From Methanosarcinales archaeon (lineage in GTDB: Archaea > Halobacteriota > Methanosarcinia > Methanosarcinales > Methanogasteraceae): a stretch of DNA of 43,200 bases. The stretch spans positions 1 to 43,200 of the forward strand of contig DAOURL010000002.1 of the NCBI GenBank assembly GCA_030625165.1. The letters run 5' to 3'. Below are positions 32,788-42,966 of this stretch, one piece after another. The number at the start of each line of letters is the position of its first letter. The first letter of the stretch is position 1. Under the pieces are notes generated by a model. The model saw only the letters and a program-made list of their open reading frames with translations, was not told the origin of the DNA and did not search any database. The translations under genes and the position numbers were made by a program.

Positions 32788-34725
32788 TCATCGCGAAGCG
32801 CCAGCGCCATAAGAGGGGGCTGGCAGGTTGATATCAGGGATCGGGATGCTAACCCTCTTCGAGAACCGCTTGATCGTCTCAAGTAAGCCGTCCTTCTCCT
32901 TTCCGACAAGACTCAACTCGAGCACCTCAGTGATCTTTGAGACCGGTACGATCGTTATCATATCACGATACTTATCCTCGATCAGGACATCGTCCTCGTT
33001 CGCTTTCGGTATGATCACGGTCTTGATGCCAGCCTGCGCCGCAGCCTCGATCTTGTATGTTACGCCTCCAACCGGCAGCACGTCACCCCGCACAGAGAGC
33101 GAGCCCGTCATTGCGATGGACTGGTCGATCGGGATACCCTCGAATGCCGATATCACCGCGGTTGCGATAGAGATCGATGCGCTATCGCCCTCCACGCCCT
33201 CGTAAGTGCCGATGAACTGGACATGGATGTCCATGTTCGCGGTATCTCTACCTGTAATCTTTTTGATGAGTGCTGACACGTTCTGAACGGCTTCTTTTGC
33301 GATATCCTTGAGCATTCCTGTTGCGATCAACTTGCCTTCATGTTTGGATAGCGCTGGTGTCACCTCTGCCATGATCGGGAGAACGATCCCTGAATCGCCG
33401 CCCATGATGGCAAGCCCGTTTACCCTGCCGATCTCTGCGCCCTTCTTGTGGTACATCCTGTAGTCCATGCGCTGCTCCAGATACTGGTCTGCAAGCTGCT
33501 GTTCAACCGATCTTGACATCTGCTTTGCAGTGAGAACGTGTGATGCGGTCACCTCTTGCGCGCCCGCTGCATGGGCGACATCGCCTGCCACCCTGACAAG
33601 ACCGCCGAGATCGCGTAATTTCAGCGTAAGATGGCCTTTTCTTCCGGCACGCCTCCTTGCCTCCCGTAAAACCTCTTGCACAGCACTCTTATCAAAGTGG
33701 GGAATCTTTCCGTCCTTCTCAACCTCCTGTGCAACGAATCGAACGATCTTCCTCCGGTTTTCCGGAGTATCATCCATCGAATCACGCATATAAATCTCAT
33801 AGCCGTATCCCTTGATCCGGGAGCGTAGTGCTGGATGCATACCCTCCATGGCATCCAGATTCCCTGCCGCAATCATGATAAAGTTGCATGGTACCGGATA
33901 CGTCTTGACAAGTGCACCCGAACTGCGTTCTGACTGTCCTGTGATTGCATACTCCTTCTCCTGCAGTGCTGTGAGTAGACTCTGCTGGGATTCGGGGCGC
34001 AGGATATTGATCTCATCGATGAATAGGACCCCTTTGTGCGCCTTGTGGATGTCCCCTGCCTCGACCCGGTCATGGGATGGCGTCTCGAGTCCGCCTGACT
34101 GGAACGGGTCGTGACGGACATCGCCTAAGAGTGCGCCTGAATGTGCGCCGGTAGCGTCCAAGAACGGTGCCGTGTCCTTATTTGCATTGTTCACGATCAG
34201 TTTTGGTATGATTGCTTTATCACCCTGCACAAACTGTCTGCCGATGACCATAATCAACAGAACAGCGAGAATCCCCCATAACAGAGCCATACCGCCGAGA
34301 GATGCGGCATAAAGAAGGATCGCGAATCCGACGATCATCAGAATTGTATTTTTTAACTGTGCTTTCCGATTAGCTTCCATTTTATGGGCGTTGATGATCT
34401 GTATTCCTTTCCCTGCCCTTACCTCCCGAATTCTTGGGTTGTTCGCATCTTCCGGATTGTGGTAGATAAGTATGTCCTTTAATTCCTCTTTTGGGAGAAG
34501 TTCAGCCATCGCCTGAGCAAGCATAGACTTACCAGTTCCGGGAGTTCCGATCAGCATCACATGCCTTCGCTGCTGCGCTGCCTTCTTGATAATCTCGCTT
34601 GCCTGTTCCTGCCCAATCACCTGATCGATCAAGAGCGGTGGAACCTCAAGATCCTTTGTGGACTCGATCTCAATTCCGCCGAGCAGGTCATCGTTCGTTT
34701 CATCACTCATTGTAGAACTCTTCAT
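32788..34725 (-). CDS. lonB: Archaeal membrane-bound Lon protease (LonB)
   Basis: Walker A GTPGTGKS, two TM helices inserted in the AAA+ module ([35 protein letters not shown]), and a C-terminal Lon proteolytic domain ([16 protein letters not shown]). Confidence 0.95.
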   Translation of the reverse strand: MKSSTMSDETNDDLLGGIEIESTKDLEVPPLLIDQVIGQEQASEIIKKAAQQRRHVMLIGTPGTGKSMLAQAMAELLPKEELKDILIYHNPEDANNPRIREVRAGKGIQIINAHKMEANRKAQLKNTILMIVGFAILLYAASLGGMALLWGILAVLLIMVIGRQFVQGDKAIIPKLIVNNANKDTAPFLDATGAHSGALLGDVRHDPFQSGGLETPSHDRVEAGDIHKAHKGVLFIDEINILRPESQQSLLTALQEKEYAITGQSERSSGALVKTYPVPCNFIMIAAGNLDAMEGMHPALRSRIKGYGYEIYMRDSMDDTPENRRKIVRFVAQEVEKDGKIPHFDKSAVQEVLREARRRAGRKGHLTLKLRDLGGLVRVAGDVAHAAGAQEVTASHVLTAKQMSRSVEQQLADQYLEQRMDYRMYHKKGAEIGRVNGLAIMGGDSGIVLPIMAEVTPALSKHEGKLIATGMLKDIAKEAVQNVSALIKKITGRDTANMDIHVQFIGTYEGVEGDSASISIATAVISAFEGIPIDQSIAMTGSLSVRGDVLPVGGVTYKIEAAAQAGIKTVIIPKANEDDVLIEDKYRDMITIVPVSKITEVLELSLVGKEKDGLLETIKRFSKRVSIPIPDINLPAPSYGAGASR

Positions 34726-34893
34726 CAGTCGTCATATAAATGTTCGCTCAAGCATTCAAGAAAAAACACATTGATATTTCAGTACTAATATTTAAGTTTT
34801 CTTTCGGAGGTTGGGTGGCGTGACTTCCTCCCGCTGCAAGTAGCAGGGTCTTATGCCGCATATCTATAAGCGAGGGATTACAACGTTATTACA

Positions 34894-37197
34894 ATGAGCA
34901 GGTACATCTCGCATCCGCTGATCCGGAAGGATATGATCGAGCAGCGGCTGTACCAGCTCTCAGTCACTTCGTCTGCGCTCAAAAGTTCGTGCCTGGCTGT
35001 GCTGCCGACAGGGCTTGGAAAGACGATCGTTGCGCTCATGGTGATCGCAGCACGGCTGAACGATCTCGGAGGCAAGGTAATGATCCTCTCGCCGACAAAG
35101 CCACTTGTGGAGCAGCATTCCGATTTTTTCAGGCAGGCGCTTCCCGGCTGCACGGTTGCAACGTTTACAGGAAGCATCCCGCCTGAAAAGCGGGCAGAAC
35201 TCTGGAAAGACTCGCAGGTCATCGTCTCTACGCCGCAGGTCATCGAGAACGATCTCCGTGCAAGGCGCATCGATCTTCGTGACGTGGTGCATATCACATT
35301 CGATGAGGCGCACCGTGCGGTCGGCAGATATGCTTACGTCTACATTGCGAAGCGGTATTTCGAGGATCTCAGTGCGGGTGCCGGGGCGGATGTCGATGCG
35401 GGAGCGGGTGCAGATGCAAAGTCGCGGCTCGTGCTTGGCATAACCGCAAGTCCTGGAAGCAATCCGGAGACGATCGCTGATGTATGCGAGAACCTCCATA
35501 TCGAGTGCGTGGAGGTAAAAAGCGAGACCGATTCCGATGTGATCCCGTACCTGCATGACCGGGACATCGAGTGGGTGCGTGTCGAGATACCTTCCAAGAT
35601 TAGGGAGTTAAAACAGGTACTTCTGAAGGTGCTTGCGGATCGGTCCTCGAAAATAACGGATTTTGGTTTTAATGTCTCGCCGGATTCGTCGAAGCGGGAA
35701 CTACTCGACCTGCAGAGCAAACTCCATGCGCAGGTCGCCGAAGGGGGCGACAGGGATTCATTCTCCGCAATCTCGATTCTTGCCGAGATCTTCAAGATCA
35801 GCCATGCGATCGAACTCGGGGAGACGCAAGGAGTGGAGGCACTTGTACGCTACTTCGACCGCTTGAATGCGGAGGCGCGATCCGGAAGCGGGAGCAAGGC
35901 ATCGAAGCGTCTTGCCATGGATCCTGATATGCGCCGTGCGATTGCGATGCTTTCCGCGTGTGACGAGGAGCATCCGAAACTGGATGCGGTTCGGAGGATC
36001 GTTGCAGATCAACTGCGAGGCAACCTTGATTCAAGGGTGATCGTCTTCACAAACTTCCGTGACAGCGCGGAGATGGTGACAAAGGCACTTTCTGATGTGG
36101 ACGGGGTTTCTGCGGTCAGGTTCGTCGGGCAGGCAAGCAAATACAAGGATAAGGGCTTGACCCAGAAGCAGCAGACCGAGATCATCAGCAAATTCAGGTC
36201 AGGAGAGTACAACACACTCGTGGCGACATCAGTTGCAGAGGAAGGACTTGATATCCCATCGACAGACCTTGTCCTCTTCTATGAGCCGGTTCCGTCAGAG
36301 ATACGCACGATCCAGAGGAAAGGGAGGACCGGCAGGAAGCGCGCAGGCAGGATCGTTGTTTTGATTGCGAAAGGATCGCGGGATGAGGCGGCATACTGGA
36401 TCAGCGCACGGAAAGAGGCGAAGATGCTCGCAACAATTGCGAATATGAGCGGATCGCGGTCGAAGTCGAAGCCGGTCTCGATGCCGATGTCGAGACCGAT
36501 TAGGGAGCCTGCAATCGAGCGGACGCAACTGGCAGAGTTTTCAGAGGAGGGTCTGGTCGCATACATCGACCACAGGGAGATCCGGTCTGGCGTATCGCAG
36601 ATCCTTGAGGCGGCAGGGGTCGAGGTGGTAATGCGGACGCTTGAGATCGGGGACTACCTCTTGAGCGATCGTGTCTGTGTCGAGCGAAAGACCACAAGTG
36701 ATTTTATCAGTTCGCTGATCAGCGGACGGCGTGAGTTGTTCGGGCAGATTTCGGATCTTGCACGGACGTTTGACAAACCTGTGCTGATCATCGAGGGGAA
36801 CGACCTTTACGGGCAGAGACAGATTCATCCGAATGCGGTACGCGGCGCACTCACGGCTATAGCGATCGATTTTGGCGTGCCGATCCTCATGAGCAAGGAC
36901 GCTGAGGATACCGCGCTGATGCTTGCAGCGATTGCGAGAAGAGAGCAGCAGGATCACGGGCGGGAGGTCGTGATGCACGGCAAGCGGTCTGCGATGATGC
37001 TTCCGCAGCAGCAGGAGTATGTCGTCTCAGCAATGCCTGAGATCGGACCTGTCGTTGCGAAGAATCTGCTCAAGCACTTCGGAACGGTTGCCGCGGTGAT
37101 GAGCGCGAGCCGCGAGGAACTGATGACCGTGGAGCTAGTCGGACCGAAGACCGCGGACCGGATACGCGAGGTGGTCGGAGGGGAGTACAAGGGGTGA
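34894..37197 (+). CDS. hef: Hef helicase/nuclease (archaeal XPF/FANCM homologue)
   Basis: Helicase motifs PTGLGKT, FDEAH and a later TSVAEEGLDIP. An ERCC4 nuclease (GDYLLSDRVCVERKT) and a C-terminal HhH2. Confidence 0.9.
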   Translation: MSRYISHPLIRKDMIEQRLYQLSVTSSALKSSCLAVLPTGLGKTIVALMVIAARLNDLGGKVMILSPTKPLVEQHSDFFRQALPGCTVATFTGSIPPEKRAELWKDSQVIVSTPQVIENDLRARRIDLRDVVHITFDEAHRAVGRYAYVYIAKRYFEDLSAGAGADVDAGAGADAKSRLVLGITASPGSNPETIADVCENLHIECVEVKSETDSDVIPYLHDRDIEWVRVEIPSKIRELKQVLLKVLADRSSKITDFGFNVSPDSSKRELLDLQSKLHAQVAEGGDRDSFSAISILAEIFKISHAIELGETQGVEALVRYFDRLNAEARSGSGSKASKRLAMDPDMRRAIAMLSACDEEHPKLDAVRRIVADQLRGNLDSRVIVFTNFRDSAEMVTKALSDVDGVSAVRFVGQASKYKDKGLTQKQQTEIISKFRSGEYNTLVATSVAEEGLDIPSTDLVLFYEPVPSEIRTIQRKGRTGRKRAGRIVVLIAKGSRDEAAYWISARKEAKMLATIANMSGSRSKSKPVSMPMSRPIREPAIERTQLAEFSEEGLVAYIDHREIRSGVSQILEAAGVEVVMRTLEIGDYLLSDRVCVERKTTSDFISSLISGRRELFGQISDLARTFDKPVLIIEGNDLYGQRQIHPNAVRGALTAIAIDFGVPILMSKDAEDTALMLAAIARREQQDHGREVVMHGKRSAMMLPQQQEYVVSAMPEIGPVVAKNLLKHFGTVAAVMSASREELMTVELVGPKTADRIREVVGGEYKG

Positions 37198-37261
37198 AGA
37201 GGTGTTGATAAATCATGAATCGGAGTCTTAAATACCGGAAAGTCGGTCAGGGAGTCTCTGT

Positions 37262-37591
37262 ATGAGGATCTGGGACGTGCCTCCTGACCGGATGTGCCGC
37301 AATCATCTGCTCGGCGAGCACAGGGAAATCCATGCCGTGTGGTCGATAATAACCAACAACAAGAAAGCGTATTCGAACCATCCTGAGATCCTGCGGTGGA
37401 GGGGGCGGCTCAAGGCGCTGTACCTCCGGCATGAGGAACTGGTTACCGAGATGGCGGCGAGGGGGTATAAGCATCATACGCCAATGGATCCAGAACTTGC
37501 GACAGGGGAATCCGTACAGACAGAATTCGTTGCAACTTATGAGGAACAGATCCGAATATTGAGAGAGCGGGGATGCGAATGCAGGGTGTGA
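37262..37591 (+). CDS. Pyrimidine-dimer DNA glycosylase (endonuclease V / DenV-like) family protein
   Basis: MRIWDVPPDRMCRNHLLGEHREIHAVWSII..KKAYSNHPEILRW matches the remembered MR.W...P..L....LLGEHRE.H pattern of the Pyr_excise family. Confidence 0.55.
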   Translation: MRIWDVPPDRMCRNHLLGEHREIHAVWSIITNNKKAYSNHPEILRWRGRLKALYLRHEELVTEMAARGYKHHTPMDPELATGESVQTEFVATYEEQIRILRERGCECRV

Positions 37592-37713
37592 TCTGAGGAT
37601 GAGTACAAGATAGGGGGGCTCCAGGAACTGGTCGGATACACGAGGTGGCAGGAGGAGCGTATAAAGGGGATGGGCGGCGATTAGGTATCATTGCGGTGCA
37701 GAACAGCGAGTCT

Positions 37714-37729
37714 GCACAAAGCTTTGTGC
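37714..37729. promoter_or_regulatory. Perfect 16-bp palindrome GCACAAAGCTTTGTGC at the GC/AT boundary of the islet
   Basis: Lies about 40 nt upstream of a TTTTTATAG TATA-like stretch and 118 nt upstream of the ATG at 37847. Confidence 0.3.
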
Positions 37730-37846
37730 CAAAGGCATTGACACAGATGAAAAGCTTTTCAGAATATTTTTTATAGTATAAGTTCGTAATTGTAACATAA
37801 TGGAAATGCAGTGTTAGCAATTGGGTATAATAGGAGACAATTTGAT

Positions 37847-38950
37847 ATGGACTTCATAGATCAGCTAAAAGGATTATCCAGCCAGATTTCTAAACAATTG
37901 GATCATATAGGAACGGAAGAAGCAACAAAGAACGCCCTTGTTATGCCATTTATTAATATTTTAGGATACAATGTTTTCGATCCTGCGGAAGTTGTGCCAG
38001 AATTTACTTGTGATGTTGGTACAAAGAAAGGGGAAAAAGTTGATTATGCCATAATAAAGGATGGAAATCCGATTATATTATTTGAGTGTAAATCTGCAAA
38101 CTCTGATCTGGAAAAGGAACATGCAGCCCAACTTTATAGATATTTTTCAGTTACTAAAGTGAGGGTTGGGGTTCTAACTAATGGAATTATTTATAAATTT
38201 TATAGTGATCTTGAAGACACCAACAAATTGGACGAAAAGCCATTTCTCGAACTTGATATGCTTGACATAAAGGAACCTCTTTTGGAAGAATTGAAACGTT
38301 TTAGAAAAGAATCGTTTGATGAAGTTGGCATAGTATCATCAGCAAGCGAGTTAAAATATACGAAAGAAATGAAAAGGATTCTTGGGGAAGAATTGAATTC
38401 GCCTTCTGAAGAATTTGTCAGATTCTTCACAAAACAGGTTTACTCTGGCAAACTGACAAAGCGAGTCAAGGAAGATTTCAAGGATATTACTCATCGTGCT
38501 TTCAAACAATTTGTCAATGAAAAGATAAGTGACAGATTGAAATCCGCGTTAGAGGAAGAAGTTGGTAGTGATGTCCAAGAGGTTGAGAATCTTGAAGAGG
38601 AAAAAGATGATGGGATTGTCACGACAGAAGAAGAGGTAGAGGGTTTTCATATCGTTCGTGCAATATTGTATGAAATTACTGACCCTGAAAGAATCACTTT
38701 AAGAGATAGGAAAAATTATTGCAACGTTCTTTTAGACAATAATATTAAAAAACGGGTTTGCCGGTTCTACTTCGATGGTAAACAGAAATATGTTGGATTC
38801 TTCGATGAAAACAAAGTGGAAGAAAAGGTGCAGATAGATAAATTGAGTGATATCTATAAATATGCTGAGAAACTCAAAGCAACAATCGGTTATTATGAGG
38901 GAAATATCCCATCTGAAGCTCATCCGGAAAAATCGGTATCGAGTTCTTGA
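37847..38950 (+). CDS. Stand-alone HsdR_N-type (PD-(D/E)xK) restriction-endonuclease-like protein with uncharacterised C-terminal domain
   Basis: EEATKNALVMPFINILGYNVFDP..EKVDYAII..PIILFECKSAN..AAQLYRYF is the N-terminal nuclease module of type I HsdR. I prefer the ATG at 37847 (AGGAG 9 nt upstream) over the GTG at 37811. The gene is AT-rich. Confidence 0.7.
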   Translation: MDFIDQLKGLSSQISKQLDHIGTEEATKNALVMPFINILGYNVFDPAEVVPEFTCDVGTKKGEKVDYAIIKDGNPIILFECKSANSDLEKEHAAQLYRYFSVTKVRVGVLTNGIIYKFYSDLEDTNKLDEKPFLELDMLDIKEPLLEELKRFRKESFDEVGIVSSASELKYTKEMKRILGEELNSPSEEFVRFFTKQVYSGKLTKRVKEDFKDITHRAFKQFVNEKISDRLKSALEEEVGSDVQEVENLEEEKDDGIVTTEEEVEGFHIVRAILYEITDPERITLRDRKNYCNVLLDNNIKKRVCRFYFDGKQKYVGFFDENKVEEKVQIDKLSDIYKYAEKLKATIGYYEGNIPSEAHPEKSVSSS

Positions 38951-38991
38951 TGGGAGTAATGGTTTCGTTCAGGTATGAAGAGAGGTAGAAA

Positions 38992-39213
38992 ATGAAATTT
39001 CAGGTTGTGATTGAAGAAGATCTGGAAGATGGTGGGTATGTTGTGCATTGCCCGGCTCTCAAAGGGTGTTGGTCACAGGGAGACACGATGGAAGAAGCGT
39101 TGGGGAATATAAAAGAGGCTATTGTCGGATATTTAAAGACATTAAACGATAGAGCGATGCACGATGTTAAAAGCCCCGATAGAGCTCTGATCAAAGAAGT
39201 AGCGGTGATCTAA
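38992..39213 (+). CDS. hicB: HicB-family antitoxin (UPF0150 domain only)
   Basis: MKFQVVIEEDLEDGGYVVHCPALKGCWSQGDTMEEALGNIKEAI is the classic HicB N-domain. Confidence 0.8.
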   Translation: MKFQVVIEEDLEDGGYVVHCPALKGCWSQGDTMEEALGNIKEAIVGYLKTLNDRAMHDVKSPDRALIKEVAVI

Positions 39214-39217
39214 TATC

Positions 39218-39463
39218 GTGGATAAACTTCCTCGGTGGTCGGGCAGGAAGATAATCCGCGTATTCAAGAAAGCCGGTTGGATCGTGGATCGTATCGAGGG
39301 AAGTCATCATATTCTGGTAAAGGAAGGGGTAGAAGAGATCCTATCTGTACCGGTGCATGGAACTAAGCCAATAAAGGTTGGACTCCTAAAAGGACTGATA
39401 AAAGATGCGGGACTTACGAATGAAGAGTTTCTATGGCTTTGTTATAAAAAGAGGAGGGGGTAG
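39218..39463 (+). CDS. hicA: HicA-family mRNA interferase toxin
   Basis: GRKIIRVFKKAGWIVDRIEGSHHIL..VPVHGTKPIKVGLLKGLIKDAGL. GTG start 5 nt after the hicB stop. Confidence 0.8.
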   Translation: MDKLPRWSGRKIIRVFKKAGWIVDRIEGSHHILVKEGVEEILSVPVHGTKPIKVGLLKGLIKDAGLTNEEFLWLCYKKRRG

Positions 39464-39502
39464 AAGTGCTTAAAGTTCAAAAGAATCCGATCGAGGAACA
39501 CA

Positions 39503-39919
39503 ATGGATAAAAAGCGAATAGCGCGGTACGTGAGCAAGATTCAGTTGATCGAGGAGCGCATAGAGGATATCCAGTCATGGGAATGCGATTTTACCACAGA
39601 TAAACGCTCCCGTCTTGCGATCTACAAGGCGATGCAGGAGATTGTGGAGGCGAGCATGGATGTGCTTGCAATGCGCCTGAAAGATTCGGAAAAACTGCCG
39701 ATGGATGATTACACCAACATCGACCGGGCGTACAAGTCCGGGATCATCGATGAAAGAATAAAATATGCACTGGAAGAAGCGAATGGACTGCGAAATCGCC
39801 TTGTTCACGGATACAACGGCATCGACGAAACCGTGGCACTGGAATCGATGAAGTCGCTCTTCCCACTTTTTGAAGCGTATATAGAACGGATGAGGCAATG
39901 GTTGAAAGAACTGATCTGA
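39503..39919 (+). CDS. hepT: HepT-type HEPN (DUF86) toxin
   Basis: 138 aa with the R-x4-H HEPN motif in GLRNRLVHGY. Confidence 0.8.
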   Translation: MDKKRIARYVSKIQLIEERIEDIQSWECDFTTDKRSRLAIYKAMQEIVEASMDVLAMRLKDSEKLPMDDYTNIDRAYKSGIIDERIKYALEEANGLRNRLVHGYNGIDETVALESMKSLFPLFEAYIERMRQWLKELI

Positions 39920-40296
39920 AGACGTTAAGGGGTGATTTCTCCTTTATCAAGGATAATCCACGCGTGAGCGGGGTGTTGCTGTTCGGATCGCGGGTGAACG
40001 GTGATATCACGAGGGGTGACTATGATATCTGTGTCGTATCACCCGAGTCGAAGCCGTCTGTTGTGCTATCAGAAATCTATCGACATGTCGATGTACATTC
40101 AAAAAGGTATGATGTGTATACGTTTGAGGAATTGCCGCTTTATATGAAGATGGAGGTGATTTCAAACCACGAAATTATATTTGCGAGGGACGTGCCGGAG
40201 TTGTACGAATATTTCTATTTCTTCAGGAAACTGTGGAAAGAACAGGAGATGCGGCAGAACGTCTCTGTTGCGGAGATGGCGGGGATGATTGGGTAG
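39898..40296 (+). CDS. mntA: MNT-type minimal nucleotidyltransferase (MntA-like antitoxin)
   Basis: GVLLFGSRVNGDITRGDYDICVV is the hG[GS]x9-13Dh[DE]h motif. Overlaps hepT by 22 nt. Confidence 0.75.
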   Translation: MVERTDLKTLRGDFSFIKDNPRVSGVLLFGSRVNGDITRGDYDICVVSPESKPSVVLSEIYRHVDVHSKRYDVYTFEELPLYMKMEVISNHEIIFARDVPELYEYFYFFRKLWKEQEMRQNVSVAEMAGMIG

Positions 40297-40402
40297 GGTT
40301 TGTTTTTTAAGATAGTCAGATCGCGCTGCTTGACATCGCAACACCGAGCAGATGCAAATCTGCGTTATCTTCATTACCCACCCCACACCATACCCGCAAT
40401 AG

Positions 40403-41242
40403 ATGTCTGATGAACGAGAACGAGAACTCTTCGAGCAGAGGTACCGGCAGTGGATCGTATCGATCGCATCCGAGATCGCAGTCTCGATGAGAAAACTCGA
40501 TCCGCCCCGGATAAAGGAGTTGCTCGAACGATGCAAAGGGTACGAAAGAGACCCGCCATCGATGTACGATGCCATCTCAGATGACGTCCGTGCACGGATG
40601 GGGCGAATGGTTGGAGGCGACCGATTGCAGGGCATCTTGATGCTGTCGTCGAATGCGGTTGCGTTCTCGCCGTCGATATTCATGCAGCGCCCGAGCGTTC
40701 TCGATTACACGATCGCTATGAACAGGCGATTCTTCTTTAAAACCGGCTGGTTCTCAATAATCGTAGTCAGCCAACCCTACATCGAGCAAGCAACCGACAA
40801 CATGCTCCACTTTGTCCTCGAACACGAACTGATCCAGAACGCAATGTATACCGAGCACGTGGAGCGTTACGGGCATCTCTTCCTTGCTCCCGGTGAGAAA
40901 CGCGCGATCGATGAGAAAGCGATGGAGCAGGCGATCGAGCAGTCAGGAATCACGGAAGAAGAGCACTTGAGAGAACATGAGTTGATGGACGAGATTGCGA
41001 CGTATTCGCCTGTTGTGCCAAAATCCTTTGCAGAGACCTCGCTCTTTGAGTACCTCGAAAAATACTGGGATGATGTAAAAGATCTCGGAGTCAAAGGGGA
41101 AACCGAGTCCGAAAAGGAGTTTGAGGCGATGATCTCCCAGAACTCCGGGTGGCTTGATTTTTCGCATGAAACGTATGGATTGTTCCTCGCAGGGTTAAAG
41201 CGGGAACTGGATCTCACGTATCTGGAGTACGGGTATGCGTGA
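40403..41242 (+). CDS. Uncharacterised 279-aa protein
   Basis: ORF with native GC content. It contains HFVLEHELIQ (HExxH-like, but the last His is replaced by Gln). No family recognised. Confidence 0.5.
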   Translation: MSDERERELFEQRYRQWIVSIASEIAVSMRKLDPPRIKELLERCKGYERDPPSMYDAISDDVRARMGRMVGGDRLQGILMLSSNAVAFSPSIFMQRPSVLDYTIAMNRRFFFKTGWFSIIVVSQPYIEQATDNMLHFVLEHELIQNAMYTEHVERYGHLFLAPGEKRAIDEKAMEQAIEQSGITEEEHLREHELMDEIATYSPVVPKSFAETSLFEYLEKYWDDVKDLGVKGETESEKEFEAMISQNSGWLDFSHETYGLFLAGLKRELDLTYLEYGYA

Positions 41243-41329
41243 CCTTCATCTCGTGTCGCATCCACCTGTTCGTCAGTTCCGGTCGGGCAGAAATCTATTT
41301 TACCAGACAACGCCGACTTAACAGCGATC

Positions 41330-42526
41330 ATGCACCTCACACCGTCCGAAGAACTTATCTTAAACGGCGAGCAGGGCTATGTCCTGCAAAAGGCGATGGA
41401 GATACTCGCAGCGCTCGGCGATATCTATGATGCCGACCGGCTGATACCCATAAAGAGCACCCAGATCGCGGGAGTGTCCTACAAGAACATAGGCGAAGCC
41501 GGGCTTGAATGGATATCCGGTCTCAGCGGCACGGTCAAGGTTCCATCGGTACTCAATCCGGCAGGGCTTGACCGTGTGCGGTGGAGGGAACTATCGATAT
41601 CAGAGGAGTTCGCCGCAAAACAGGATGAGGTTATCCGCGCTTACGAGAGCTTGGGCATCCTTCCGTGGTGCACCTGCACGCCTTACGAGATACGGACAGA
41701 TCTCGCCATGCCCGGAGACCATCTTGCATGGAGCGAGTCGTCTGCTGTGGCTTATGCGAACTCTGTCATCGGAGCACGGACAAACCGGGAAGGCGGTCCC
41801 TCTGCTCTTGCCGCGGCATTGATCGGGAAGACGCCGAACTACGGCTACCACCTCGACGAGAACCGGCTGCCGTCCATCGCAATCCATGTCGAGGGGAGAC
41901 TCCGCGGCGCGGATTATGGCGCACTCGGCTACATCGCAGGCGCAATCGCAGGATCAGGGGTCCCGATCTTTTCGCTTGAGTCCGTGCCCACAAACGATGA
42001 ACGGAAAGCCCTTGGTGCGGCGATGGCTGCATCAGGCGCTGTTGCGCTCCACTACATCGAGGGTGCGCCGCCTCTGCCACCTACACTGCCGCATCTGCAT
42101 CCGCATCCGCCCCCTGGTGCGCGTGACATTGGCGAGCCGGTCATCATCGAACATGCCGAGATCGAGGAGGTGTACCAGACGCACCAGTGCGATCCCGACC
42201 TCATCGCAATCGGCTGTCCGCACTGTTCTGCAACCGAACTTGTGAGACTACGGGACCTGCTTGCTGGTAAGACCGTGACAAAGGAGTTCTGGATCTTCAC
42301 ATCAGGGATAATGCGGGATCGGCACCCAGACCTCGTGGCAGGGATCGAATCGAGCGGTGCAAAGGTGATATGCGATACGTGCATGGTGGTCTCGCCGCTC
42401 TGTGAACGCTTCCGTTGCATGATGGTCTCTTCCGGAAAGGCGCTCGCTTACGTTCCGCAGATGTGTGGGTCAGATGCCGTGCTCGGCAGCATCGAGGACT
42501 GCGTGAGGTCAGCGGTCGCGCCATAA
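41330..42526 (+). CDS. Aconitase X catalytic-domain protein (DUF521), probable phosphomevalonate dehydratase large subunit
   Basis: MHLTPSEELILNGEQGYVLQKAMEILAALGDIYDADRLIPIKSTQIAGVSYKNIGEAGLEW.. is a typical AcnX N-terminus, and the size is about 400 aa. The role in the archaeal mevalonate pathway is established for homologues. Confidence 0.75.
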   Translation: MHLTPSEELILNGEQGYVLQKAMEILAALGDIYDADRLIPIKSTQIAGVSYKNIGEAGLEWISGLSGTVKVPSVLNPAGLDRVRWRELSISEEFAAKQDEVIRAYESLGILPWCTCTPYEIRTDLAMPGDHLAWSESSAVAYANSVIGARTNREGGPSALAAALIGKTPNYGYHLDENRLPSIAIHVEGRLRGADYGALGYIAGAIAGSGVPIFSLESVPTNDERKALGAAMAASGAVALHYIEGAPPLPPTLPHLHPHPPPGARDIGEPVIIEHAEIEEVYQTHQCDPDLIAIGCPHCSATELVRLRDLLAGKTVTKEFWIFTSGIMRDRHPDLVAGIESSGAKVICDTCMVVSPLCERFRCMMVSSGKALAYVPQMCGSDAVLGSIEDCVRSAVAP

Positions 42527-42605
42527 CGCTGATACTCTTGATTCTGCCCATATCCGGAGATGGTTTCGGGTACGATGTATTCCGATCGCAAACTAATGAA
42601 GACTC

Positions 42606-42698
42606 GATTACTCTTCCGGAACTATCATGAGACTTTGTTATGCTGGCACTACCTGGACCGGAACCAAACAGGGAAGTTAACCGCAGAGGACGCAAGAG
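42606..42698. mobile_element. MITE family B, truncated or degenerate copy (left half only)
   Basis: ACTATCATGAGACTTTG..GGCACTACCTGGACCGGAACCAAACAGGGAAGTTAACCGCAGAGGACGCAAGAG aligns with the left half of copies 42722-42946 and 27383-27618. It lacks the right hairpin arm and the right TIR. Confidence 0.5.
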
Positions 42699-42721
42699 CC
42701 CGTGAAGAAGGACGAAAAAAA

Positions 42722-42946
42722 GTAACTACTCAAGTACCTAAAACACTATCACGAGACTTCACCTATACCGGCACTATCTGACCCGGGACATACCGGAACC
42801 AAACAGGGAATTTAACCGCGGAGGGCGCAGAGGAACGCGGAGGAGGCTAAAAACTCTGCGAACCTCTGCGTACTCCGCGGTTATTTTTCTTGACAGAAAG
42901 CACAGGATCGCAATCAGGAGACCAATCAGCATACCTGAGTAGTTAC
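42722..42946. mobile_element. MITE family B, copy 2
   Basis: TIRs GTAACTACTCAAGTA / TACCTGAGTAGTTAC. Hairpin core at 42814-42882. The most diverged full copy. Confidence 0.75.
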
Positions 42947-42966
42947 TTTTTTTCTTTTCTTTTTCC

